From Dehalococcoidia bacterium (GTDB taxonomy: Bacteria; Chloroflexota; Dehalococcoidia; GIF9; UBA5629), in the NCBI GenBank assembly GCA_050011565.1, contig JBEKIW010000003.1:64001-128000 (forward strand): 64,000 bases of DNA, in the 5' to 3' direction. Shown here in pieces: positions 23,904-32,877 of the stretch. The notes below the pieces were generated by a model. It saw only the letters and a list, made by a program, of their open reading frames with translations. It ran no database searches and had not been told where the DNA came from. A program made the translations under genes and the position numbers. Numbering within the stretch: position 1 is the first letter of the stretch; each line of letters starts with the position of its first letter.

Positions 23904-24026
23904 GAAAATCCTAATTTCCAAATACCAAACTCTAAACAAATCCAAATAACAAATACCAATGACCAAAATATAATACTTCAAAAATTGGATTTTTAAATTT
24001 GGCGATTATTCGGGATTTAGGATTTC
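23904..24026. repeat. Inverted heptamer-array element, gene-less copy A
   Basis: A/C-rich units (AAAATCC, CAAATAC, CAAACTC, AAATAAC, AAATACC) then T/G-rich units (TTGGATT, GGATTTA, GGATTTC); ends AAATCCTAA...TTAGGATTT. Confidence 0.7.
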
Positions 24027-24037
24027 CGACTGTTCTG

Positions 24038-24055
24038 GCGAGGCTAAAGCCTCGC
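24038..24055. repeat. Short palindrome GCGAGGCTAAAGCCTCGC
   Basis: 8-bp inverted arms between convergent genes; degenerate relative at 32746-32762. Confidence 0.5.
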
Positions 24056-24088
24056 TGATATAGTGGTAAACAGTTGAATAGTTGACTT

Positions 24089-24925
24089 CTATCTAAGCAC
24101 AGCGACATAGCTATTAAGTGGAACTTTGAGAGCATCGGCCACCGGCTGGCATTTTGCCCTGAGACAGTAGAAAACCTTACCTTCTACCACCAGCTCGGAT
24201 AAAGACTCGTAGTAACCCATGCCTTTGGCAAAGACAAGGTCTGCGGTATTGAACTCGCGCTTAAACTCCGCTGCCGCCTGAGAAAAATCTATACCCGGTG
24301 TTGCCGTACCGGTGGCCAATATCTCGCCCAGCGCGTCTTCAAGCCCGGCTCTTTTTATATCTTCCACGGTAATGTCGTCTTGGACCGGCGCCGACTTAAC
24401 TACATAGGCAACTGATGCCCGCCGTCTCATCCATCTGACAAGCGGTAAATCGAAAAACATCTCGCCGGCATTATCCGCCAGATATAAAATCCGTCTTGCG
24501 TGCTTGATTTTGGCTTCAAAATGCTTCGAATCGTCGATGACGAAATTCACCGGCTCTTTCATATCCTGCTGAATAATATCCAGAGACCTGAAGAAATCGA
24601 TGGTATTTCCCAGTGCGGCAAACTTGAGGCAGCTCTGAAAATTGCCAGGCTCGACTTTTATCTGCTTCGATAGCTCTCTGGCAACCGCAATCTCCTTATC
24701 TTTCATCTCCCGGTAAGGGTCAGGGTTTCCGGTTATCTTCTTCACCGCATCATGGATTTTGGTGGCAACGACAATGGACACGCAGTCCATAGAGAAATCA
24801 TCACGAAGTATTTCTAGGCTTTCGCTTAAAGCTCTGGCTTTAGCCCGTTCGTCATTTGTCGCCAGCTCTGCAGCCTGATTAGCCAGCTTTTGCAGGCATT
24901 CATAACAATTACCAGAAGCTTTCAT
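24089..24925 (-). CDS. DUF89/ARMT1-like damage-control phosphatase
   Basis: N-terminal CxxC, DPYREMK, LGNTIDF, YLADNAGE..FD, KGMGYYESL, AKC. Confidence 0.88.
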   Translation of the reverse strand: MKASGNCYECLQKLANQAAELATNDERAKARALSESLEILRDDFSMDCVSIVVATKIHDAVKKITGNPDPYREMKDKEIAVARELSKQIKVEPGNFQSCLKFAALGNTIDFFRSLDIIQQDMKEPVNFVIDDSKHFEAKIKHARRILYLADNAGEMFFDLPLVRWMRRRASVAYVVKSAPVQDDITVEDIKRAGLEDALGEILATGTATPGIDFSQAAAEFKREFNTADLVFAKGMGYYESLSELVVEGKVFYCLRAKCQPVADALKVPLNSYVAVLR

Positions 24926-24971
24926 TTCAAAAAAACGCGCTGAATAGACCGTCTTGGGTTACAGTTGCGGC

Positions 24972-25451
24972 CTATCGGTTCAACAACCATATAGACGAAT
25001 TCAGAACGACTGCAAAAGTTACCCACAGCAGATAAGGCCAGAGCAGCACACTGGAAGCTAAAGATATCCTGTAAAACTTCAGAGCTGTGAATAATATAGC
25101 CACCCACAGGACCACGATTACAATGAATCCGTACAGAGGCGACTCGAGGCCGAAAAAAACCACCGACCATAAGGCGTTTAGAACCAGCTGTATCAGAAAT
25201 ACAATTAGTGCTATTCTGACCTGTCGATTCTCCAATCCCTTACGCCACACCAGAAATGCAGCTATGCCCATCAGTATATAAAGAAGTGTCCACACCGGGG
25301 CAAAGAGCCAGTTCGGCGGACTAAAAAACGGTTTTTGCAGCGTCGCATACCAAGTCGGAATGGCGCTTCGTGTAAATACGGAGCCGATGGCGCCGGCAGC
25401 CAGGCAGGCGACAACGCTAACCACCAGCTTCGGGATATCCCTGGTATTCAT
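24972..25451 (-). CDS. tspO: TspO/MBR tryptophan-rich sensory protein
   Basis: WYATLQKPFFSPPNWLFAPVWTLLY, LNALWS, PYLLWVTFA. Confidence 0.93.
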   Translation of the reverse strand: MNTRDIPKLVVSVVACLAAGAIGSVFTRSAIPTWYATLQKPFFSPPNWLFAPVWTLLYILMGIAAFLVWRKGLENRQVRIALIVFLIQLVLNALWSVVFFGLESPLYGFIVIVVLWVAILFTALKFYRISLASSVLLWPYLLWVTFAVVLNSSIWLLNR

Positions 25452-25498
25452 ATTTCGCATTGTACCAGATGGGGCAATTATTTTACTAACTGAGTGGC

Positions 25499-25549
25499 GA
25501 GATTCTTCGCTTCGCTCAGGATAACATCGGCGAAGAGCTCAAAATAACA
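25499..25549 (-). repeat. REP-like element (TGTTATCCTGAGCGAAGCGAAGAATCTC) plus a partial second arm
   Basis: Reverse complement resembles the TGTCATT..GAG..AATCTC family. Confidence 0.65.
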
Positions 25550-25594
25550 TGTCTCTCCAGATAGATTATGCTAATAATGAGTAGAAAAAAGATC

Positions 25595-25629
25595 TTAAAG
25601 ACCATGCCGGCAAATCTACCACCGCAGTA
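25595..25629 (+). repeat. Direct repeat copy 1: dead duplicate of the GTPase 5' end
   Basis: TTAAAGACCATGCCGGCAAATCTACCACCGCAGTA is identical to 26333-26367; this copy reads MPANLPPQ-stop. Confidence 0.9.
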
Positions 25630-25709
25630 ATTTGACGCTAAAAAAAGCTACATACAGGCGAAGTAGATTCTATGAGGCAATACGTGTATGCTTGAGAACC
25701 CCATTTGTC

Positions 25710-26246
25710 TTAAATCCATACAGCAAATGGCGGCTTGTTAATAACCTTGAAATCTCTCTGTGCGGTGATAGTTTTGCATTCAACTGCAACCTCAACAAAT
25801 ACATGATACAAACCCAATCCAAGAATCTCGTCTTGCTCAAAAACCCGAACTAGCCCTTCTGCATCTTCAACTGTTGCAATTCCAAATTGGGATGGGAATA
25901 TTGATGGTGGTAAGCTTATTCTCTGGGCGGGAGCTATGCCTGCATGGGATATTAAGGATGGTACTATTTCCGCAACAGCATTGCTTCCGTCATTTCCGTT
26001 TTTAATAGAAAAACGAACTACTATGTCGTCTGCCACCATTCTGCGAATACCTACTATTTGTAACAAGCGACTTCTAATTTGTGGGTTATATAATTCGCCT
26101 TGTAATACTTTTCCGCCCTTCACTTCCCGAACACCAAAATGGATTATCAACTTCGGTTTTCCCAAAAACACTTGAAACACAGTGGGGAGAGCCATTAGTG
26201 CTACAACCAAAGCAAGGATGCTGATAATAAAGGCAGCCAGAGCCAT
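25710..26246 (-). CDS. Hypothetical protein with an N-terminal membrane anchor (AT-rich orphan)
   Basis: 178-aa ORF, hydrophobic N-terminus, TGGTAGAAT 6 nt before ATG; no recognisable family. Confidence 0.65.
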   Translation of the reverse strand: MALAAFIISILALVVALMALPTVFQVFLGKPKLIIHFGVREVKGGKVLQGELYNPQIRSRLLQIVGIRRMVADDIVVRFSIKNGNDGSNAVAEIVPSLISHAGIAPAQRISLPPSIFPSQFGIATVEDAEGLVRVFEQDEILGLGLYHVFVEVAVECKTITAQRDFKVINKPPFAVWI

Positions 26247-26332
26247 GCCTTAATTCTACCACATTGGAGTTTCGCAGCTAATTTAAACCTTAATCTGTCC
26301 ATAGCGATTATGCTAGAATTAGGAAACAGGTT

Positions 26333-26367
26333 TTAAAGACCATGCCGGCAAATCTACCACCGCAGTA
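26333..26367 (+). repeat. Direct repeat copy 2 (intact GTPase start)
   Basis: 35/35 identity with 25595-25629. Confidence 0.9.
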
Positions 26368-27319
26368 CTACGACGCTGAAAAACGCTATCGGACGGCCAA
26401 AACTCCCGAGGATAAAATTGAGGCGCTAGAGACCATGCTGGCTATCATGCCCAGGCACAAGGGCACCGATCATCTGTATGGCGACCTGAGACGAAGAATC
26501 GCCAAGCTCACCGAAGAGGCGGAACGAAAAGCCACCACCAGCCGGACCAGCTTCTACATCAGAAAAGAAGGCGCCGGCCAGGTAGCCCTGGTGGGGCTGC
26601 CAAATACCGGCAAATCACAACTGCTGGCCGCTGTCACCGACGCCTTCCCCGAAATAGGAGATTATCCCTTCACTACCAAGTCTCCCAATATAGGTATGAT
26701 GAAATTCGAAAACATTCAAATTCAATTGATAGACACTCCTCCGGTTACAGGCCGCGATTCCCGCGTCTGGCTGAATAACGTCGCCAGAAACGCCGACTTA
26801 ATAGCCATTATCGCAGATTTAAACAAAAATCCGGTGGAACAGGTTGAGACAACTCTTCAGGAGTTGGATAGTGTAGGCATCGTGCCGGCAGTAAATATGT
26901 CTCCAGAAAGCTTGATAGGCAAGCGACCCAGAAAAATGCTGATTGTGGGCAACAAAAGCGACTTAGACACTTCGGATGCCGGCTGGCTCCGATTAAAAAC
27001 GCGTTACGGTTCCCAGTTCCCTATGACAGCTGTATCAGCCACCAGCGGCAATAATCTGCAAGACCTCAAGATAAGCATTTTTCAAGCGCTGGAAATTATC
27101 AGAGTCCACACCAAGAGCCCGGGGCAGAAACCGGATTTGACCGACCCTATAATCCTCAAAACGGGCAGCACGGTAAAAAATGCCGCCGAAGACGTTCACA
27201 AGGATTTCAAAGCCAAACTGAAGTACGCCGTCGTGTGGGGCTCAGGAAAATTCGATGGGCAGAGGGTCAGTCAAGACCATTTGCTGAAGGATAACGACAT
27301 AATCGAGCTACATATCTAG
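26342..27319 (+). CDS. DRG/Obg-family GTPase with TGS domain
   Basis: [10 protein letters not shown]-terminus, PRHKGTD, G1 GLPNTGKS, G2 YPFTT, G3-like DTPP, G4 NKSD, TGS VHKDF...[12 protein letters not shown]. Confidence 0.9.
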   Translation: MPANLPPQYYDAEKRYRTAKTPEDKIEALETMLAIMPRHKGTDHLYGDLRRRIAKLTEEAERKATTSRTSFYIRKEGAGQVALVGLPNTGKSQLLAAVTDAFPEIGDYPFTTKSPNIGMMKFENIQIQLIDTPPVTGRDSRVWLNNVARNADLIAIIADLNKNPVEQVETTLQELDSVGIVPAVNMSPESLIGKRPRKMLIVGNKSDLDTSDAGWLRLKTRYGSQFPMTAVSATSGNNLQDLKISIFQALEIIRVHTKSPGQKPDLTDPIILKTGSTVKNAAEDVHKDFKAKLKYAVVWGSGKFDGQRVSQDHLLKDNDIIELHI

Positions 27320-28255
27320 GCGATGCGCCCTCGCCCAGATACCGTACAACACCGCCGCCAGCTCCTCGATATATAAGCGATTTTCCAGCTTCAGCCGCCA
27401 TTTGTTCGGCACAGCGTCTACGCCTAAATAAGCACCGGCTATAGCCCCGGCCATCGCGGCTATGGTATCAGTATCTCCGCCAAGGCTGACAGCAAATAGA
27501 ACCACATCTTCAAACGAATCCGAATGAGACAGAAACAAATATATGGCCGTCGGCACCGAGTTGAAAGCTTCCACGCCATTGCCCAGCTCGGCAACAGCTT
27601 TAGCCTTATCCGCCTCACCCAGCAGCATGGTCGCGCTCTCTAATTTTTTCTTGTACGTCTCGTGTTGAACAAGCTCACCCAGCCTGCCTAAGAATTCCTG
27701 CGATTCAAAGGCTTTGCCTGGTTCAAGTCCTACAGCTAAAGCCACTGCATATGCCTGCAAAGCCGCACCTTCTTTACCCAACACATGGCTGTGGGTAATT
27801 TGGCTCGACCTGTAAGCCACCTCTCTCAACATGGTTAAATCGTCATGATAAAAGACAGCTAGCGGCGCAATTCGCATCGCCGACCCATTACCGTAGGAGC
27901 CGCCGTGGTATAACTTTTCAGCCGCCTTGTCCCAGGCTTCACCATCCCTTATCATGCGGAATATATTCGGCGGGCCTGGCCCATAGCCGCGCCACGGTTC
28001 AATTTCGTAATTCCGAATAAAAACGCGCGCCATGTGCTCACCGTCAAAACCCTCTTTCTGCACCAATGATTCAGCCATACCAATCATCATGTGAGTGTCA
28101 TCGGTGTAGGCTAGAATTTCCCGTCTGTCTGCCGCCCACTCAATCGCCTCAACCTCAGCCGCGGGCCGCCCCTCAAACCCGGAGCCGACGGCATCCCCCA
28201 CCGCCGTGCCAACCAGCGCCCCTAAGAATTTACCCCTCAGAACCACCTCATCCAT
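27308..28255 (-). CDS. ADP-ribosylglycohydrolase (DraG/ARH family)
   Basis: [31 protein letters not shown]. Confidence 0.93.
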   Translation of the reverse strand: MDEVVLRGKFLGALVGTAVGDAVGSGFEGRPAAEVEAIEWAADRREILAYTDDTHMMIGMAESLVQKEGFDGEHMARVFIRNYEIEPWRGYGPGPPNIFRMIRDGEAWDKAAEKLYHGGSYGNGSAMRIAPLAVFYHDDLTMLREVAYRSSQITHSHVLGKEGAALQAYAVALAVGLEPGKAFESQEFLGRLGELVQHETYKKKLESATMLLGEADKAKAVAELGNGVEAFNSVPTAIYLFLSHSDSFEDVVLFAVSLGGDTDTIAAMAGAIAGAYLGVDAVPNKWRLKLENRLYIEELAAVLYGIWARAHRLDM

Positions 28256-28320
28256 TTGACCACCGCCAAAATCAAGACTTTCGCCACGAGTTATTATATA
28301 CTAAAGGCCAATACGCCGCT

Positions 28321-29205
28321 ATGAATAGCAAAGTGCTCGAGGAAATCACTCAACTCAAGAACGACGATATACACGGCGCTAGCTGGCTATCACTGCACGC
28401 CGTCAACACGCTAATCCTGGCTATCAGCGAAAGCCAGGCTGGAACCGTCGCCGACCTTGTCCAAGAGATTAAAGAGGTAGCCGAGAAGCTGACAAGTGCC
28501 AGACCCAACATTACTCCTATAACCAACTATGCTAACCAGTTCCTGCATCAGATTATAACGAGGTCTCAAAATGAGAATAACGTGGAGGCTTTTAAAAGCT
28601 TTGCCGAAATTAAAGGAAAGGAACTCGTAAAGTCGGCGACAAAAGCCGTCTCTAAGGCTGTTGAATACGCCTGCGGAATCATCGGCGACCTCGATACGGT
28701 AATAACCTGCAGCTACAGCTCCACGGTCTGCCATGTCCTGGAGATGGCAAGGCAAAGAGAAACCAGGTTCCGAGTTATCGCTGCCGAATCTAAGGTCAAT
28801 GACAAAGCCTACGGGGAAATTACTGCCAAGCAGCTCATGAAATACGAGATTCCAGTTGAAATAGTACCCGACGCGAAAATAAATCTTCGTATATCCAAAG
28901 CCGATAAAGCTTTAGTCGGCGCTGACAGCATAACTGCCGATGGCTATCTGGTTAACGGCAAACCGACGTTACAGCTTGCCCAGGCAGCTAAAAACAAAAG
29001 GATACCCTTCTATGTGGTCTGTGAGAGTGCCAAATTCACCATCCGGGGTTACATAACAAAATCAACGGAGCTTGAGCCCAGCTTCGATAATACGCCGCTC
29101 ACTCTGGTAACCGGCATAATAACCGAAAAAGGCACTATGCAGCCAGGACTGGTCATCGCCTACATAGAGGAAAAGGCAGAGGAAATGGCACATCTCTCCG
29201 CCTAA
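28321..29205 (+). CDS. eIF-2B alpha/beta/delta-family protein (sugar-phosphate isomerase-like)
   Basis: HGAS, ARPNI, ITCSYSSTV, AES, VGADSI, NGKPT, FDNTP, IITEKG; start ATG 28321. Confidence 0.8.
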   Translation: MNSKVLEEITQLKNDDIHGASWLSLHAVNTLILAISESQAGTVADLVQEIKEVAEKLTSARPNITPITNYANQFLHQIITRSQNENNVEAFKSFAEIKGKELVKSATKAVSKAVEYACGIIGDLDTVITCSYSSTVCHVLEMARQRETRFRVIAAESKVNDKAYGEITAKQLMKYEIPVEIVPDAKINLRISKADKALVGADSITADGYLVNGKPTLQLAQAAKNKRIPFYVVCESAKFTIRGYITKSTELEPSFDNTPLTLVTGIITEKGTMQPGLVIAYIEEKAEEMAHLSA

Positions 29206-29217
29206 GAAGGAGAATAA

Positions 29218-30030
29218 GTGCTCAAGGTCATTGACACACACGCTCATCTCGACGAGCTGGAAAACCTCGAGTCCGCGCTAAATAAAGCCAAAGAAGCTGG
29301 CGTTGTCGCCATTGTCGCTGTTGGCTCCAACCACCAGTCAAACCTGAAGGTGATGACAATCAGCGATAGTCATCCCGGCTTCGTCTATCCAGCTCTCGGT
29401 TTACACCCATGGGAACTGGGCAATCTGGACCCTAACGGAATCGACCTCACCCTCAAGTTTATCGAAGAAAAAATCTTACAAATCATAGCTATGGGAGAAA
29501 TAGGGCTTGACTATGATAGAAGGGTCATCAAAGTGGCCCCGAAAGAGCTGCAAAAAGAGACCTTGAAAAGCCTATTGGCTTTAGCCAGGCGGTACGCCAA
29601 GCCGATAACCGTCCACAGCCGCTACGCCTGGAAAGATACCTTTGAACTGGTTAAAGAAGCCGGCATTGAAAAAGCTGTTTTCCACTGGTTCACCGGGTTT
29701 TCAAGTGTACTTAAAAATATACTGGAAGCAGGCTATCTCATTTCAGCTACTCCAGCCGCAGAATACCATGAGGAGCATAGACGGGCTATAAGGGAAACAC
29801 CGCCGGATAAACTACTCCTGGAGACAGATTGTCCGGTTATGTACGGCAGAGAAAACAAGTATCGCTCCCAGCCTGCAGACATCACAAGAAGTCTTAAGGC
29901 GGTGGCACCGTTGAAAGGAACTGACGAGTCCACTATTGCTCGGCAGACGACACACACTGCCATAGAATTCTTTCGCTTGAGCGCCCAGGAATGTAGACTT
30001 TGCCACGACATGGTAAATGGAGTAAAATAG
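29218..30030 (+). CDS. TatD-family hydrolase
   Basis: IDTHAHL, GLHP, GEIGLDY, VHSR, FHWF, LLETDCP. Confidence 0.93.
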   Translation: MLKVIDTHAHLDELENLESALNKAKEAGVVAIVAVGSNHQSNLKVMTISDSHPGFVYPALGLHPWELGNLDPNGIDLTLKFIEEKILQIIAMGEIGLDYDRRVIKVAPKELQKETLKSLLALARRYAKPITVHSRYAWKDTFELVKEAGIEKAVFHWFTGFSSVLKNILEAGYLISATPAAEYHEEHRRAIRETPPDKLLLETDCPVMYGRENKYRSQPADITRSLKAVAPLKGTDESTIARQTTHTAIEFFRLSAQECRLCHDMVNGVK

Positions 30031-30035
30031 CTACT

Positions 30036-30069
30036 TAAGAATTCAAGAGAAATAAGAATTCAAGAGAAA
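30036..30069 (+). repeat. Perfect 17-nt tandem duplication (TAAGAATTCAAGAGAAA x2)
   Basis: Directly visible in the tatD-nucleotidyltransferase spacer. Confidence 0.85.
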
Positions 30070-30096
30070 GCTGAGAGGAGCAAACTAAACAACTCA

Positions 30097-31119
30097 GTGA
30101 AAGCTGTGGTCCTCGTTGGTGGCGAAGGCACCAGGCTACGTCCGTTAACTTATCTTACAGTCAAAGCCATGGTGCCTGTTCTGAACAAGCCGTTCATCGA
30201 ATATATCATCCGACACCTTAGCCACCACAACATCAGCGAGATTATCTTAGCCATAGGATACCAGCCCGACCGTATTACCGAATATTTTACCGATGAAAGT
30301 CAACTTGGCACAAAGCTCGTTTACAGCATCGAAACAGACCCACTGGGCACTGCAGGGGCTGTCAAGAAAGCTGAGCCATATATAGACGATACTGTCTTTG
30401 CCATGAACGGCGATATCTTCACTGACCTGAACTTTACCGATATGTTAGTTTTCCACAAAAAGAGGGGCGCCAAAGTAACCATAGCCCTGACGCCGGTAGA
30501 AGACCCCACTCGATTCGGTGTTGTAGAAACCGACAGCAATCAGCGCGTTACCCGCTTCGTAGAAAAACCGCGTCGCGAGCAAGTAACCAGCAACATGATT
30601 AATGCCGGAGTTTATGTCATCGAGACTGAGGTCCTCAAGCGTATACCAGAAGGCAAACGCTGCATGTTTGAACATGATATCTTTCCCTCACTGGTAGCTG
30701 AACGAGAACCTGTTTTCGGTTATACTACTGATGTCTACTGGATGGATATGGGTACCCCCGAAAAATATTTACAACTGAACGGCGACTTGCTTAGCGGCAA
30801 AAGCACCCAGGTTAGCTTTAAACCAACAGACATCCGTATTGACAAACAAAGCAATGTCCATCCACAGTCCAGTTTGTTCGGACCCATACTCGTTGACAAG
30901 AACTGCAATATAGGCAAAGGGGTTCAACTCAAAGGGCCGGTAGTTATTGGCCCGGGATGCAATATTCATGACGGTGCCAGCATTGAAAACTCTGTTATAT
31001 GGCAAAATGCTACCATTGGTGAGCAAGTCGTCTTAAAAGATTGTATTGTAGCCAGCAATAGCTGCATTGATAATAATGCCCATATGCAAAGCGCCATCAT
31101 CTCACAGACAAAAAATTAA
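30097..31119 (+). CDS. NDP-sugar pyrophosphorylase (mannose-1-phosphate guanylyltransferase-like)
   Basis: GGEGTRLRPLT, PLGTAG, NGD, FVEKP, WMDMGTP, C-terminal hexapeptide repeats. Confidence 0.9.
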   Translation: MKAVVLVGGEGTRLRPLTYLTVKAMVPVLNKPFIEYIIRHLSHHNISEIILAIGYQPDRITEYFTDESQLGTKLVYSIETDPLGTAGAVKKAEPYIDDTVFAMNGDIFTDLNFTDMLVFHKKRGAKVTIALTPVEDPTRFGVVETDSNQRVTRFVEKPRREQVTSNMINAGVYVIETEVLKRIPEGKRCMFEHDIFPSLVAEREPVFGYTTDVYWMDMGTPEKYLQLNGDLLSGKSTQVSFKPTDIRIDKQSNVHPQSSLFGPILVDKNCNIGKGVQLKGPVVIGPGCNIHDGASIENSVIWQNATIGEQVVLKDCIVASNSCIDNNAHMQSAIISQTKN

Positions 31120-31160
31120 TAATATATTTCCTAAATAACCTATTCAGGAGGCTGATATCA

Positions 31161-31505
31161 ATGTCCGAAAATATAATTAACGTAGACCACAATAGCTTTG
31201 AAAAAGCTGTTTTAAATTCACAAATGCCGGTGCTGGTTGACTTCTGGGCGCCCTGGTGCGGCCCATGCAAGGCAGTTGCTCCCATCGTCGAGGAGTTAGC
31301 CAAGGAATACAAAGGAAAAATAGAATTCGCCAAGGTGAATGTAGATGAATCTCCATTCGTAGCCTCAAAATATGGGGTTATGAGCATCCCCACCATTATG
31401 GTTTTTAAAGGTGGAAAACCTATGCAGCATGCCATCGGCTACCAGCCCAAGGCACAGCTGAAGAAACTGCTCGATAACGAACTGGCGAAACAGGCCAATC
31501 AATGA
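31161..31505 (+). CDS. trxA: Thioredoxin
   Basis: DFWAPWCGPC, SIPT; AGGAGG RBS. Confidence 0.96.
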   Translation: MSENIINVDHNSFEKAVLNSQMPVLVDFWAPWCGPCKAVAPIVEELAKEYKGKIEFAKVNVDESPFVASKYGVMSIPTIMVFKGGKPMQHAIGYQPKAQLKKLLDNELAKQANQ

Positions 31506-32212
31506 ACCAGATTTCCTATATTGTGGCGTTTACCGGCGGACTGCTTTCCTTCTTTTCACCCTGCGTCCTGCCACTGGTGCCAGCCTATCTGGCCAATCTG
31601 GCTGGTATTACCGCCATAGACCCTGATAGCAGGAAAAGCTTCCTGCCGGCTTTGTTTCACTCCCTCGCCTTCGTGCTCGGCTTCTCTATAATCTTCATTG
31701 GCCTGGGCGCGTCAATCGGCTTAATAGGCAACACCATAACTGCCCATTCATTACTGCTCCGCTATATTGCCGGCGGTTTGATTATCGCCTTTGGTATTTT
31801 CCTTATTGCTGCCTATAAATTACCGTGGCTGAACTATGAAAAACGCCTCAAAACAACCGCCGGCAGCAACCCGGGCTACTTACGCTCGGTCGGTATCGGG
31901 GCTGCCTTTGCCCTGGGATGGACACCCTGCATCGGCCCAATATTGGGTGCCATTCTTATGCTGGCCTTTAACTCTCAGACTGTAGCAGAAGGTGCCCTAT
32001 TGCTCACCGTGTACTCGTTGGGTTTGGGTATTCCCTTCATCGTGCTTGGCCTCGCCTGGGGAGCTATAATGCCGTTATGGAAAAGTATAAACCGCTACCT
32101 CGGAGTTATTTCCATAGTAAGTGGTGCGCTGCTTATAGTCGTTGGTATACTAATGCTGACCGGTAATCTGGCGTGGCTAGGTCAATTCGTCCCGGTTGAA
32201 CTCGGCCAATGA
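31502..32212 (+). CDS. ccdA: CcdA/DsbD-type transmembrane electron transporter
   Basis: SFFSPCVLPLVP and GWTPCIGPILG Pro-Cys pair, multiple TM helices. Confidence 0.93.
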   Translation: MNQISYIVAFTGGLLSFFSPCVLPLVPAYLANLAGITAIDPDSRKSFLPALFHSLAFVLGFSIIFIGLGASIGLIGNTITAHSLLLRYIAGGLIIAFGIFLIAAYKLPWLNYEKRLKTTAGSNPGYLRSVGIGAAFALGWTPCIGPILGAILMLAFNSQTVAEGALLLTVYSLGLGIPFIVLGLAWGAIMPLWKSINRYLGVISIVSGALLIVVGILMLTGNLAWLGQFVPVELGQ

Positions 32213-32228
32213 AAGGAGCGTCTATTAA

Positions 32229-32732
32229 TTGCAAATAAAAACATCGATAGTACTGGCGGTCGCTGCCCTGATATTGATGGCAATGGTCGGTTGTGGCACA
32301 ACCCAGATACCCCAAGTAGGTGATAAAGCTCCCGCTTTTACTCTGGAAAGCATTGAGGGGAAAAACATAAGCTTGAGTGATTTTCAAGGTAAAACAGTAT
32401 TAATTGTGTTCACCAGTGTCAACTGCAAAGAATGTGAAACTCAAATACCTTATTTAGTTGGAGCCTACCAGCAAGAAAATGGAAAACTAGCGGTCTTAGA
32501 TATCTACCACATGATTTACGACCCCAGATTAGTCAGGGATTACGTAACCAACAAGCAGTTCACTACCTTCCCCGCTCTCCCCGACCCGAACAATACAGTT
32601 GCCAATGCTTACGGCGCCACACGCTACCCGCCAACAAATTTCATTATAGACGCAGCAGGAATAATCAAGTATAAAAAGATAGGGCGTTTCCAGAGTCAGG
32701 AGGAAATTGAGGATATACTCAAGTCCTTATAG
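32229..32732 (+). CDS. TlpA/ResA-like redoxin lipoprotein
   Basis: Lipobox MVGC, VGDKAPAFTL, CKEC, cis-Pro region YPPTNFIID. Confidence 0.85.
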   Translation: MQIKTSIVLAVAALILMAMVGCGTTQIPQVGDKAPAFTLESIEGKNISLSDFQGKTVLIVFTSVNCKECETQIPYLVGAYQQENGKLAVLDIYHMIYDPRLVRDYVTNKQFTTFPALPDPNNTVANAYGATRYPPTNFIIDAAGIIKYKKIGRFQSQEEIEDILKSL

Positions 32733-32877
32733 CAGCCGCGCTGCAGCGAGGCCAAGGCTCGCAGATAGAGCAATAAACTAAAAGACTCCTAGTTTCGTTT
32801 TTCTATAGGAGGTATAATATAAATAATTGTATAGTCTTTAATTCGGGATACAGAAGCGACTGGGAAACAGGAGCATA

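Noticed and set aside
23904-24026. Heptamer arrays as a CRISPR array
   Set aside because: Units are ~7 nt and degenerate, with no unique spacers, and no cas genes are in the window.
28066-28320. N-terminal extension of the eIF-2B-like ORF
   Set aside because: It overlaps the ARH gene on the other strand; family similarity starts at ATG 28321.
29990-30010. CxxCH heme-binding motif (CRLCH) at the TatD C-terminus, near ccdA
   Set aside because: TatD has no export signal, and the motif lies in a tail beyond the TatD core that overlaps promoter-like sequence; probably incidental.
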